From NCBI GenBank assembly GCA_963842525.1, contig CAWJGT010000019.1, positions 128,001 through 192,000 on the forward strand: a stretch of DNA of 64,000 nucleotides, given 5' to 3'. This DNA is from an uncultured Holophagales bacterium (GTDB taxonomy: Bacteria; Acidobacteriota; Thermoanaerobaculia; Multivoradales; UBA5704). A program made the position numbers and the translations under genes. Under the pieces are notes generated by a model, which worked only from the letters and a program-made list of their open reading frames with translations, had not been told where the DNA came from and searched no databases. Shown in pieces: positions 1-10,120 of this stretch (position 1 is the stretch's first letter; every line of letters starts with the position of its first letter).

Positions 1-544
1 CCGGCAGTATCTCCACTTGACGGCCGGGCTGACCACCGAGCAGATCGTCCGCGCCCTGATGAGCAAGAGCCTCGACGAGCTGGCCGCGGTCGGGCGGGAC
101 GCGCTGTTCCCTGCCCTGGCGCCTCCGCCGCTCCTCACCACCGAGGCTGTCGCCCAGGCCGCCGAGCTGCAGGTTCTGCGCGAGCGTCCGGAGGCCGAGC
201 CGGTGGTGTGGACCGAGCCGCTGGAGCCCATGCGCGCCGCCGATGCCATCGAGGTACCCCCCGAGGTGGAGCGCCTGCTCGCCGACCTCGCCGCCATCGC
301 CAGGACGGCCGAGGCCACCCCTCTTGCGGACCTCGTGCCGGCGGGTGACACGGGCGAGTCGTTCCTGCGCGCGAGCCTGCTCTCGCTCGTCGGCGCGAGC
401 TGGGCGGGCGAGGGGATCGCCGGCCGGCTCGGCGCCCTGCCGCTCGACGTCGAGGCCGAGGGTGACGGCTGGCCCGAGGACCTCGCGGCGTCCGGCGAAG
501 GCCCGCTCGCGCGCCTGACGCCGGGCACCATCCGGGCGCGCTGA
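1..544 (+). CDS. Wadjet JetA/MksF-like kleisin subunit, C-terminal part (gene starts left of the window)
   Basis: Open frame from the window edge to TGA 542-544; first position in an operon followed by KITE-like, SMC-like and Toprim genes. Identity is inferred from position; no diagnostic motif is visible. Confidence 0.5.
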   Translation, partial: RQYLHLTAGLTTEQIVRALMSKSLDELAAVGRDALFPALAPPPLLTTEAVAQAAELQVLRERPEAEPVVWTEPLEPMRAADAIEVPPEVERLLADLAAIARTAEATPLADLVPAGDTGESFLRASLLSLVGASWAGEGIAGRLGALPLDVEAEGDGWPEDLAASGEGPLARLTPGTIRAR

Positions 545-733
545 GCTTCACTCCCCGGTCTGTTCCTCTCCGTAGTGTTGACGGTTTGTACACGTCTGCT
601 TTTTTCGCTCCTCGCGGCGACAGAGTCCGTTATAGACTGATTGTGGAGATGAGCGACAAAGCGCAGTGCCGGACGACGCCGCAATCGGAAGATCCCGCTT
701 CGCGGGCCTATGGGAACAGCGCCTGACGGGAGC

Positions 734-1616
734 ATGGACGAGGCCACCCGCATCTGCGCCCGCCTGCTCCGGGAGGGAAGCGTCGCCCGGGCGGAGCTCC
801 CTGACCTCGACTTCCCCGAGGTGCGCCACGAGGTCGAGCGCAGGTTCCAGGCAGTGGGCCTCGTTCTCGCGACGAGCGTCTACTCGGAGCACGTCGGAAT
901 CCGGCTCTCGGCCGATGTCACCGGCGACGCCGCTTTCGATGCCGCGTCGAACCTCGGCCTGCGGTCCGATGCCTGCGCCCTGCTGGTGATCCTCTGGGCC
1001 CGTCTGGTGCTGCAGAAACGCACGGCTGCGGACACGCGGGAGCTGCCAGGCCAGGGAGCCCTGTTCTCCCGCGAGAGCCTCGGCGGCGGCGCGGGGGTTC
1101 CGGCCACGGGTCCGCCTGGAGACCCTGGTGCGGGAGTTCCGGCCCGTGCTGGGCGGGCGGAGCCGCATCCTGAGCCTCGTGTCGCAGCTCCGCCGGCTGG
1201 GTTTCCTCGCCGGCCACGGCGAGGTGATCGAAGCCGGCCCTCTCCTCGAGCTGGCGATCGACGGCGAGCGGATGGTCGCCTTCCTGCGCCGCGAGGTGCT
1301 GGCGAAGCTGCTGGAGGAGCGCGAACGCGCGCCTGGCGAGGCCGGGGAGGGGGCGGAGGACGAAGCCGCGGGCGAGGAGCTGCTCGCCGGTTTCGGCGGC
1401 CGGGTGCTGGAGGCGATCGGCCGGCTGGGCGGCACCGCGGCGATGGGCGACCTGTCGCGGCAGACCGACGCGCCCGCCTCGCGCCTGCGGCGCGTCCTCC
1501 GCGAGTTGGAGGAGGCGGGGCACGTGCGCCGCACCGGCGAGAGGGCGAGCGCCCGGTATCATCTGGCCAAGGCGTTCGATCGACCTGGGGCGAAGACGGC
1601 GGAGGACGAGGGCTGA
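734..1616 (+). CDS. jetB: Wadjet JetB/MksE-like subunit with C-terminal winged-helix domain (apparent +1 frameshift near 1075)
   Basis: ATG 734 after GGGAG. N-terminal frame (MDEATRICARLL...ALLVILWARLVL) joins the 1128..1616 frame (...SLVSQLRRLGFL...IEAGPLLELAID; C-terminal MGDLSRQTDAPASRLRRVLRELEEAGHVRRTGERASARY wHTH). Its stop overlaps the next ATG (TGATG). Confidence 0.6.
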
Positions 1617-4349
1617 TGTTCCGGTTCCTCGAGCTCTCCCTCCACGGCTGGGACCTCTGGCCGCAGGTGCGCATCCCGCTCCACCGCGACGTGGTCCTGC
1701 TGACCGGCCCGAACGGCTCGGGCAAGACGACGCTGCTCGACGCCATCCGCCAGCTCCTGAACGCGCCCCGCCTTTCCTCGCGGCGGCGGCTCCAGAACTA
1801 CCTGCGCCGGCCGGACGCGCCCGCCCTGATCCGCGCCGTGGTGTCGAACGAGCCCGGATATGGCGGTAGTGCCCGCGGCGGCCCGGCGGGAGCGCCTTTC
1901 CGCCGCGAGCGCATCACGACGCCCGAGGCGACCCTGGCCTGCGCCCTGGTGCCGGCCGGCGGCGGCTCGCCGGAAAAGCGTTTCGCGGTCCTCCCCGGCC
2001 GGCCGCCGCTGGAGGAGATCCGGCGCGTGCTGCTGGAGTCGCGCGACTGGTACGGCCCCGACCGCTACCAGCGGGTGCTCGAAGGGGCCGGCGTGACGCG
2101 CAGCCTGATGAGCGTGCTGGCCATCGAGCAGGGACGGACCAACGCGCTCTTCGAGCTCAAGCCGCGCGAGCTGTTCCGCCGCGTCCTGGAGATGATGGGA
2201 GACCACGCGGTCCTCGAACGCTACAGCGAGGCGCGCCGGCGGTTCGCCGAGAGCGAGGGCGAGGTGGTGCGGCAGACCTCGGCGGTGCAGCGGCTGGAGC
2301 TCGATCTGCGGCAGATCGAGCGGCAGGTGGCCCGCCTGGAAGAGTGGGAGAGCCACCGCGACCGCGTGGCCGAGCTCGAGGCACGGCTGCCGGCCGCCGA
2401 GCTGCAGGTCTGGCTGCGCCGGCGCGCCGAGGCGGGCGCCAAGCTCCCCGAGCTGCGCACCAAGGTGCGCCGGGGGGAGGTGGACCTCGCCTCGCTCGAA
2501 GCCGAGGCCTCGGGCTCGCGGAACCGCGAGGCGCGGGCCCTCACCCGCCTGGAGGAGGCCCGCCGAACCGAGGCCGAGGCGCTCGCCGCCTGGGAGGCCG
2601 TACACCGGCGGCACGTCCTGGCGGTCGAGCGGCTCACCACACTGGAGGCCCGGGCACGCGAAGCCGCCGAGCTGCCCGAGGGGGACCTTCCCGCCCTGGA
2701 GGCCGCCGCCGAGGCCGCCGCCCGGGGTTTCTTCGCGGCTGAGGCCGCGGCGGCCCAGGCCCGCGTCCGGGAAAACGAGGCCCGCCGCAAGGTCGAGCGC
2801 CTGCGCGCGGGGCTCCCGGTCTATCCGGAGGCGGTGACCCGCACCCTCTCTGCCCTCCAGTCGCGGGGGATTGCCGCGGCGCTCCTCGCCGCCGCTGTCG
2901 AGGTGACCGATCCGGCGCGCGGCGAAGCGGCCGAGGCGGCGCTCGGCGATGCCCGCTGGGCGCTGCTGGTGGAGCCGGACGTGGAGGTCTCGGTACTGGA
3001 CGCGGCGCGCGCGGAAGGCTTTCCGGGCCCGGTCTGGTCCGGCGAGCGGCTGGATCGGTCCGAGACCGTTGGAGCCTACCGCCTGGCCGTGGGCGCGCCC
3101 GGCTGGCTGCGCCGCTGGCCGGCCGCCGTCGAGCTGCGCGAGGACGGCTCCTGGCGTGACGAGCGGGGCACCTGGGTGGCCCCGCCTCGCGAGCGCGTCC
3201 TCGGCCAGGCCGGCCGGGAGGCGGCGCTGGCCCGGGCCCAACGCCGAGCTCGAGACGATCCGCCGGGAAAGGGCCGTTGCCCAGGAGGCGCGGTCGGTCG
3301 CCACGGTCCGGCGCTCTGAAGCCGACGGTGCGCTCGCCGTCGAGCGCCGGCGGCGGGAGCTGCTGCGCGATGCCGCGGGTCTACCCGCGGCGCGGGAGGA
3401 GGCGCGCCACGCCGAAACGGAGCTGCGGCGGGCCGGCCAGCAGCGGGACCGGGCGGCGGAGGCCCGGGAGGAGGCCCATCGGGCGCACAATGACGCCCTC
3501 CGCGACCAGACGGCCGCCGAGACGCGCGCCGAGCAGCAGACCAACCGCCTGCGCGGCGAGCGCGAGGCCCTGGAGCGCACCGAGACCGACTTTGGCGCGG
3601 CGGACGCCCGCGTGCGCGACCTCGCCGTCCGGGTGCCATCCGAGCTCCAGGCCCGGGCCGAGCGGGGCGAGCTCGACGGGCCGGACACCGTGGCGAGCGA
3701 CCTCGAACGGGCACGCCGTGCCTTCGCCTCGCTGGGAGACCCGCCGCCCCGCGAGGTCCGCGAGGAGGCGATCCACCTCCGGGCCAACATCGAAGAGGCC
3801 GAGCGCCACCTGGCCGCCCGCCGCCGCGAGGCGGAGGAGGCGCTGACCGAGCTGGCGGAGTGCCGGCGGCGCTACCTGGAGATCGTCAGCGGCGCCCTGT
3901 GGGACTACCGCCGCCGCGCGACCGACCTGGCGGCCGGCGCCGAGGTGGCGGTCGAGATGGAGGTGCCGCGCCTGGCCGACGACGACCGCGTGCTCGACGA
4001 GGCGGCCATCCAGGTGAGCTTCGGCTTCGACGGCAAGGCGCCTCTGCCGCTGGGCGATCCGTCCTTCAGCGGCGGCCAGCAGGTGATCGCCGGCCTGATC
4101 CTCCTGATGGCCATGGCGGAGACCGACGGCCAGGGCTTCTTCATGCTGGACGAACCCTTCGCCCACCTCTCCCTCGACCGCGTCGACCAGGTGGGCCGCT
4201 TCCTGCGCGCCGCCCGCTCGCAGTTCATCCTCACGGCCCCGACGACCCTCGACCGCGCGCAGCTCGACCCCGCCGCCCTGGTCATCGTCCTCCAGAAGAA
4301 GAAGCCGGACCACCCGCACGCGCCCGTGCCGATCGTGGCCGAGGCATGA
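1616..4349 (+). CDS. jetC: SMC-like ATPase, Wadjet JetC/MksB-like (apparent +1 frameshift near 3239)
   Basis: Walker A GPNGSGKT, Q-loop-like LAIEQG, long coiled coils, signature FSGGQ, Walker B/D-loop FFMLDEPFAHL. Split between the 710..3319 and 2949..4349 frames; about 910 aa when joined. Confidence 0.8.
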
Positions 4350-5671
4350 ACGACCACTTCTGCACCTACACCCCCCGGCTCGTCTGGGGCGATTGGACGC
4401 GCTCGGGTCCGCTGGCGGAACGGACGGCGCGGCGGGTGCCGGTCTGCTGGACCTGCGGGCGCGAGCGTCCGGCGACCCGGCCGCGTCCGCCGGTGGGCCG
4501 CGAGGTGCGGGCGGAGGTGCCCGAAACGCCGCCTCTCGGCGATCCGGCCGGGCGGCGGGTGGCGGCTGCGCTCCTGCGGCGGAGCGGGGGCGCCGACCAG
4601 GGAGAGCCCATCCCCACGGCGGGAGTGCTCGGCCGGCTGGGGCGGCAGGGCATTCCGGCGAGCCTGGCCGAGGAGTGGCTCGAGCGCTTCCTCCGGGCCG
4701 GCTGGATCGCGTTGCGTTGGCGGCTCGGCCGCCGTGCTCCCCGGCTCTCCGGGATTGTCCTCCTCGACCGGCAGGCCCTGCGGGAGCTCGCGGCTCCCGG
4801 CGTGGAGGAGAAGCGCTTCTTCGCCCTGCGGTCGGCGCGCGAGAAGGCCGCCGGCCTCACCCATCCCAAGGCCCGGGAGATCGCGGCGCTCCTGGAACGC
4901 GAGGAGGCCGAGTCGTTCCCGCCGCGGGTCCTCAACCTCCTCGGCGCGCTGGCCGTCCATGCCGAAGCTGGAGACGTCCTGGCCGAGAGGGTGTTCTCGG
5001 CCCGCTATCTGGGGGACTCCAAGGTCCTCGGCTACCTCCGCCGCCAGATCGAGAAGCTGGTCGGTCCGCTCGCCGTGCTCGGCATCCGCGAGGGCGCGGC
5101 GGTGACCCTGCTCGGCGGCACCGGACGGCTCCATCTCCCCGAGCAGACGGTCGACCTGGCCGGGCTCGCCCCTTTCGCCGGCCTGGCCCGCGAGACCTTC
5201 GAGAGGCTGCAGGCGGTCGACTTCCCGGTCGATCCTCCGCCCGGGGGGCTTCTCGTGGTGGAGAACCTGACCGCCTTCGAGGCTTGCTGCCGCGGCGAGG
5301 TCGAGGGCGCGGGAGGCTCCCTGGTCGCCTGGTCGGCCGGCTACCCCGGCCGCGCCGTCCGCCGCCTGGTGGAGCGCGCCGCGTCCGCCGGAGCCCCCGT
5401 GCGGGTCTGGGCCGACCTCGACCTCGACGGCGTGCGCATCGCCCGTCTGGTCCTCTCCTGGGCTCCGGGCACCGCACACCCATGGAGGATGTCGCCGGAC
5501 GATCTGGCCGCCGTACCCGAGGGCCTTCCCCTCTCCAAGGAGGCCGCCGCAGCAATCCGCCGTGACCTCGCCGACCGCCAGGACGCGCCCCTGGCGGACA
5601 CCCTCCGGGCGATCCTTGCGGCCGGACGGTGGGTGGAGCAGGAGGCTTTGCTGGCGACGCGGTGGAGATGA
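4346..5671 (+). CDS. jetD: Wadjet JetD/MksG-like Toprim nuclease (DUF3322/DUF2220/DUF2399-like)
   Basis: ATGA overlap with the jetC stop; motifs FSARYLGDSK, LLVVENLTAF, AGYP, WADLDLDG and VEQE typical of the JetD/Topo VI-A-like Toprim fold. Confidence 0.8.
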   Translation: MNDHFCTYTPRLVWGDWTRSGPLAERTARRVPVCWTCGRERPATRPRPPVGREVRAEVPETPPLGDPAGRRVAAALLRRSGGADQGEPIPTAGVLGRLGRQGIPASLAEEWLERFLRAGWIALRWRLGRRAPRLSGIVLLDRQALRELAAPGVEEKRFFALRSAREKAAGLTHPKAREIAALLEREEAESFPPRVLNLLGALAVHAEAGDVLAERVFSARYLGDSKVLGYLRRQIEKLVGPLAVLGIREGAAVTLLGGTGRLHLPEQTVDLAGLAPFAGLARETFERLQAVDFPVDPPPGGLLVVENLTAFEACCRGEVEGAGGSLVAWSAGYPGRAVRRLVERAASAGAPVRVWADLDLDGVRIARLVLSWAPGTAHPWRMSPDDLAAVPEGLPLSKEAAAAIRRDLADRQDAPLADTLRAILAAGRWVEQEALLATRWR

Positions 5672-5699
5672 AAAAGGGAGGGTCCATGCCGAAGAATGG

Positions 5700-6035
5700 G
5701 CCGGCCGCTCTTCAGAGCGGGCGATTCGCTCCGCGGAGCGGGTTCTCCAGCCGAGGAATGGCCGAGTCGCTCCATGGAGCGGGCCAGACACTCCATGGTG
5801 TGGGCAGTCGCGCCATGGGTGTGGGTCAGTCGCGCCATGGTGCGAGCTGGTCCAACCACGGAGCGGGGAGGCCGCTCCACAGAACGGCTGCTCCTGCCGT
5901 GGAGCGGCTTCCACCGAGATCGGAGCGAACCACCCGCTCCATGGAGCGAGAGACCCGCTCCCCGGAGCAGGCTGGTCCGCTTTCGGCAGTCCCCGCCCGC
6001 TCCGGCTGGAGAGCTCTCGCTCTGTGGAGCGGCCG
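5700..6035. repeat. Degenerate ~21-bp tandem array with palindromic core GCTCCATGGAGC
   Basis: Core copies start near 5707, 5728, 5748, 5769, 5790, 5810, 5832, 5853, 5874, 5894, 5915, 5936, 5957, 5979, 5999 and 6019 (spacing 20-22), with variable ~8-nt linkers. Confidence 0.75.
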
Positions 6036-6050
6036 GTCGCACGCCCCCGC

Positions 6051-6308
6051 TTACGCAGGCCGGGCCACGATCCGCGCCAGCGGCGGCGCGGTAAACAGGC
6101 CTGACAGCAGCCCGGCCGCGAGCGCGAAGGCGACGAAGCCCACCGGGCTCACCAGCCCGCCGAAGACCAGATCTGCGGCCAGCGAGGCCAGCAACAGCGC
6201 GCCGCCCAGGCCCAGCGTGCTCGTCCGCATCCAGGTACGCGAGGTTCCGGAGGTCTTGCGCAGCACCAGCCACTGCTGCCCTGTGTTGCAGGAGGGTGCG
6301 CGATCCAT
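6051..6308 (-). CDS. Small hypothetical membrane protein (2 predicted TM helices)
   Basis: Two hydrophobic stretches (LGLGGALLLASLAADLVFGG; VGFVAFALAAGLLSGLF); start uncertain. Confidence 0.35.
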   Translation of the reverse strand: MDRAPSCNTGQQWLVLRKTSGTSRTWMRTSTLGLGGALLLASLAADLVFGGLVSPVGFVAFALAAGLLSGLFTAPPLARIVARPA

Positions 6309-6322
6309 GGGAAAATCTGATC

Positions 6323-6700
6323 ATGAAACAAGAGTTCCGCATCCATGGCCTCGACCATGTTCAGCTCGCGATGCCTCCCGGGCAGGAAGACCTGGCCCGT
6401 ATGTTCTATGGCGGCACGCTCGGTCTGATGGAGGTCCCCAAGCCGCCACAGCTCGCCGGGCGCGGCGGCGTCTGGTTTTCCGGCGGAGCCCTGCAGGTGC
6501 ATCTCGGCGTCGAGCAGGACTTCCGGCCGGCCCGGAAGGCTCACCCGGCTTTCGTCGTCGAGAATCTCGATGCGCTCAGCCAGCGCTTCCGGGACGCGGG
6601 GATCGATGTGTTCACCGACGAGCCTCTGGAGGGTCGGCGTCGCATCTTCGTGCACGACCCGTTCGGCAACCGCATCGAGCTCCTCGAGCCTCAACCCTAA
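6323..6700 (+). CDS. VOC/glyoxalase family protein
   Basis: LDHVQLAMP...FYG..LGL, GGVWF, VHLG, KAHPAF and DPFGNRIELLE motifs. Confidence 0.9.
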   Translation: MKQEFRIHGLDHVQLAMPPGQEDLARMFYGGTLGLMEVPKPPQLAGRGGVWFSGGALQVHLGVEQDFRPARKAHPAFVVENLDALSQRFRDAGIDVFTDEPLEGRRRIFVHDPFGNRIELLEPQP

Positions 6701-6772
6701 ACATTGCAGCGCGTTTCTTCGTAGAAATGAAACGACCGCAATGGTCATCAAGGGTCAGGAGGAACCCGAGCC

Positions 6773-7210
6773 ATGAAGAAAGCTGTCGCGACGTTCTCTC
6801 TCGCTCTCGCCCTGGCCGGCGTGGCCGCTGTCCGCGCCCAGGCGCCGTTCCCCGTGGACGGGATGGGGACTCCCTACAAGGACCCGGTGCAGCGGGCGGC
6901 GGTGTACTACAGCCGCGGTGTGAAGGCGATGCGCAAGGCGGAGAAGGCCAAGGAGCCGACCGAGCAGCGCAAGCTCTACGAAAGGGCCAAGGAGGAGCTC
7001 GCCAAGGCCGTTGGATACGACGCGAACTTCGACGCCACGCTCGCCCTCGGCCAGGTCTATCTCGCGCTCGGACAGAAGCCGTCGGCACTCAGCTCCTGCG
7101 CGCGAGCGCTCGCCTTGAAGCCCAAGAATGCGAACGCGCAGGCCTGCGTGGATTCCTCCCGCGTCCAGCAGACCGCGGAGACGCCATCGCCGGAGGGTCC
7201 CTCTTCGTAA
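6773..7210 (+). CDS. Secreted TPR-repeat protein
   Basis: N-terminal signal peptide (…AAVRA|Q); TPR-like helices LALGQVYLALGQ…ARALALKPKN. Confidence 0.7.
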   Translation: MKKAVATFSLALALAGVAAVRAQAPFPVDGMGTPYKDPVQRAAVYYSRGVKAMRKAEKAKEPTEQRKLYERAKEELAKAVGYDANFDATLALGQVYLALGQKPSALSSCARALALKPKNANAQACVDSSRVQQTAETPSPEGPSS

Positions 7211-7250
7211 CCGCAATACTGTTCGTCGCGCCCCGGGCGTTCTCGGTGAA

Positions 7251-8945
7251 TCAACCGCCCGGCGGCGGCGCCGGTCCCTGAGGCCCGATCCGCCGCAGCT
7301 TGCGTGATCGCGCGTAGGCCTCGATGAGCTCGGCCCGGATCGCCTGAACGGCTTCTTCCTTGCCGGCGATCGCCTCCCGGCGGATGAAATCGCCGGAGGG
7401 CAGCCGCTTGCCGCCGGTGTACTCCAGGACCTCCGGCTCGAAGAAGGCATAGAGCGGCAGGTAGTCGCGCCGGAAGCGCGGGTCGAGGTCCAGGGCCCCG
7501 GCCGCGGTCCAGTAGTGGTGGATGTGGATGAAGGTCGGCCGGGCCTGCTCGAAGATGTAGTCGTGGAGGGCCTTCTGGTCCTTGCCGAGGGCGCGGGCGA
7601 TGCTGGCATCGGTCAGCCCGGCGAGGTCGTAGACCCGCAGGCGCGAGGCCCAGAGAGTGCCGCCGATATCGGGCAGCAGGAACGATCCCTCTTCGAGGCC
7701 AAGGAGGTCGGCGAAGCGGTTGAAGCGCAGGCCGTAGTCGTGGAGGACCTCGGCGAACGGGACTGTGGGGGACGCCGCGAAGAGCAGGGAGCGGGGGATG
7801 AACACCGCGAGGCTCAGGCCCACGGCAACCAGGATGCCGGCGCGGCCTGCCTGGCGCCGTGCGGAGGCGGGCAGCAACTCCTCGCCCAGGCTGGCGGCGA
7901 GCAGGGCCGCGGTGGCGAAGAGGAAGGGATAGAACGGCGTGGCGAAACGGTATTCCTCCATCCAGTCGCGCGGGAGGAGCAGGTAGGCCGCGGCTGCGCA
8001 GGCGGTGAAGGCGAGCAGCGCGCCGTGGCCCCAGCGCAGCCGCCGCCGGCCGGCCAGGAAGGCCGCGCTCATCAGGAGCGCCACGAGGATCGCGCCTCCG
8101 CCCAGCCCGGCCGCGCTCCGCATCAGATCCACCAGATCGCGCACCATGGGCGGGCGCAGCGTCACCAGGTCGGACACCATCTCCGCCGTCGGCCCCCCTT
8201 TGGCATGGTAGGTGTTGGGGACGAGGTCGCCGAAGTAGAGCCCGCGGAAGGCAAGATAGCCGCCAAAAAGGAGAAGGAAGGCAACGCCGTAGAGGCCGAT
8301 CCTCGTGGCGGCAGGGCGCATCCGGACGGGCCGTCCCTCGGCGAAGAGGGTGAGCAGCGGGTAGAGACCCGCGTAGACGAGGCCGTCCGGGCGGGTGAGG
8401 GCGATGCCGGCGGCCACCGCGCCCGCCGCAAGAGCGAGGCCGGGAGCAGGGCCCTGGACGCGCTCGCGAACCAGCACCGCGAGCAGCAGGCAGGTCAGGG
8501 CGACGTAGAGCGGGTTTTCGAGCCCGGAGACCGTCCAGATCACGAACGGCGTGCAGACGGCGAGGAGCAGCAGGGCGGCCAGCGGCACGGCCCGCCGGCC
8601 GCCGGACAGATTCAAGAGAACGCGCCCGAGCAGGACGAAGGAGACCGCGGCCAGGGCCAGGCTCAGCAGCTTCGGGGTGATCACCGAGTGGAAGAGCCGC
8701 AGGAGGAAGAAGGGGACGAGCCCCAGCAGCCAGAGGGGGTTCGAGTAGCCCTCCACGGGCGGCAGCCCCGGCTGGGAGACCAGCCCATTACCGGACGCCA
8801 GGTTGCGCGCATAGGCAAAGGTAATTCCTGCGTCGTCGACGATCCAGGCGCCGAGGAGGAAGGCGTGGACGAGGTAGACGAGGAAGGGAAGGGCGAAGAC
8901 GGCCGCGCCGCGGAACTTTTCGCGTGGGCGTATGAGATCAATCAT
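7251..8945 (-). CDS. Multi-TM GT-C fold glycosyltransferase (AftB/PMT-like)
   Basis: IVDDAGITFAYARNL..GNGLV...VEGYSNPLW, SGLEN, LTRPDG and PNTYHAK motifs; many TM segments. Confidence 0.75.
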   Translation of the reverse strand: MIDLIRPREKFRGAAVFALPFLVYLVHAFLLGAWIVDDAGITFAYARNLASGNGLVSQPGLPPVEGYSNPLWLLGLVPFFLLRLFHSVITPKLLSLALAAVSFVLLGRVLLNLSGGRRAVPLAALLLLAVCTPFVIWTVSGLENPLYVALTCLLLAVLVRERVQGPAPGLALAAGAVAAGIALTRPDGLVYAGLYPLLTLFAEGRPVRMRPAATRIGLYGVAFLLLFGGYLAFRGLYFGDLVPNTYHAKGGPTAEMVSDLVTLRPPMVRDLVDLMRSAAGLGGGAILVALLMSAAFLAGRRRLRWGHGALLAFTACAAAAYLLLPRDWMEEYRFATPFYPFLFATAALLAASLGEELLPASARRQAGRAGILVAVGLSLAVFIPRSLLFAASPTVPFAEVLHDYGLRFNRFADLLGLEEGSFLLPDIGGTLWASRLRVYDLAGLTDASIARALGKDQKALHDYIFEQARPTFIHIHHYWTAAGALDLDPRFRRDYLPLYAFFEPEVLEYTGGKRLPSGDFIRREAIAGKEEAVQAIRAELIEAYARSRKLRRIGPQGPAPPPGG

Positions 8946-8971
8946 GACCGTGCCTCCGGCTCCTCGCGTCC

Positions 8972-9087
8972 GCGCCCAGGGTTCACACCCTGGGCTACCG
9001 AATGGCGCCCTCCGGGCTCACAAAGGCCTGGGATTCCAGAGCCCGGAGGGCGGAACTGGGTAGCCCCGGGTGTCAACCCGGGGTGAG
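8972..9087. repeat. GTAG-type REP doublet (family 2: GTAGCCCAGGGTGTGAACCCTGGG)
   Basis: Two inverted hairpin copies (cccagggttcacaccctgggctac...gtagccccgggtgtcaacccgggg) around an inner inverted pair; near-identical half at 34960-35008. Confidence 0.8.
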
Positions 9088-9211
9088 CGGGCTTGAGCCG
9101 AGAGCCAGCCGTATGGATTGGGAAAGGCTCTCTGGGTGCTATGCTGGCTTCAGCCTCATTCACCATGTGTGAAGGGAGATCTTTCGCCGTCCACCAGGGC
9201 GGCGATTGCAT

Positions 9212-10120
9212 TTACCCGTTCCTCCTTGAGTCCCATCGCCGGTGCATCCAGAGCCACATCGCGGGGTGGGCGCGGATGTCCTCTTCGGCGGCTTCCAGGT
9301 AGCGGCGGGTGAGGGCGGCGACGGTCTCTTCGTCGTCCTTGCCGGTGTCCTCGGGCGCGGGCGGGAGGATGGCCGGCCGGGCCACGAAACGGTAACGGCC
9401 TTTGGGTTCCGGGAAGGCGGCCACGGGAACGACGGCGGCGCCGGTGCGCAGCGACAGACGGGCGAGGATGGGCGAGGTCCGAGCCGGATGGCCGAAGAAG
9501 GGGACCTGGATCCCTTCGCGCTCCTGCACCCGCTGGTCGATGAGGATGCCGACCCGGCCGCCGCCACGCAGGGTCTCGATCATCCGGCGCGCCGCTCCCC
9601 GCTTGGGCATGGTCTCGTTGCCGAAACGTCCGCGCAGAGACAGCAGCTCGCGGTCGAGCCATGGGTTGTCCGCCGGACGGACGACGATGGACATGGGGCC
9701 CCGGTAGAGGCCGATGATCGGCGGCACGAGCTCCCAGAGCCCGATGTGGGCGCTGAGGACGAAGATCCCCTTGCCGCGCGCCTCGGCCGCCTCCAGGTGC
9801 TCCCAGCCTTCCAATGTGAAATGCCGGCAGATCTCGACCGCGTCGAAGCGGGTCGACGAGATGGCGTCGCACAGGGCGGCGCCGAAATGCCGGAAGCATT
9901 CGCGGACCAGGCGCCGCCGCTCCGCCGGGCCGATCTCGGGCAGCGCAAGCTCGATATTACGCAGCGCGACCTCGCGGTGCCGCCGGTCGAGGAGGTGCCC
10001 AAGGCTCCCCACCGCCCGGCCGAAGGAGCGCGCGGTCCGGTGCGGCAGCAGGCGCAGGAACCCCTTCAGGCCGAGGTAGAGCCCGTACTCGACGCGGTGG
10101 CGGACGGGGCGGTTCTTCAG
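9212..10120 (-). CDS. lpxL: Lipid A lauroyl/acyltransferase (LpxL/HtrB family)
   Basis: SAHIGLWE, GILIDQ, VPFFGHPA and WLWMHRRW motifs. The frame extends to a CTG at 10120 that overlaps the lpxK stop (CTGA). Confidence 0.85.
   Translation of the reverse strand: MKNRPVRHRVEYGLYLGLKGFLRLLPHRTARSFGRAVGSLGHLLDRRHREVALRNIELALPEIGPAERRRLVRECFRHFGAALCDAISSTRFDAVEICRHFTLEGWEHLEAAEARGKGIFVLSAHIGLWELVPPIIGLYRGPMSIVVRPADNPWLDRELLSLRGRFGNETMPKRGAARRMIETLRGGGRVGILIDQRVQEREGIQVPFFGHPARTSPILARLSLRTGAAVVPVAAFPEPKGRYRFVARPAILPPAPEDTGKDDEETVAALTRRYLEAAEEDIRAHPAMWLWMHRRWDSRRNG

Noticed and set aside
710-3319. 869-aa ORF as a JetB-JetC fusion
   Set aside because: Artefact of the +1 indel: the middle is off-frame low-complexity sequence, and the real SMC starts at the TGATG overlap at 1616.
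5700-6035. CRISPR array (also considered for 38490-38762)
   Set aside because: Units are ~21 bp in total with degenerate cores and ~8-nt linkers; no 23-47-bp identical repeats with unique spacers, and no cas genes.
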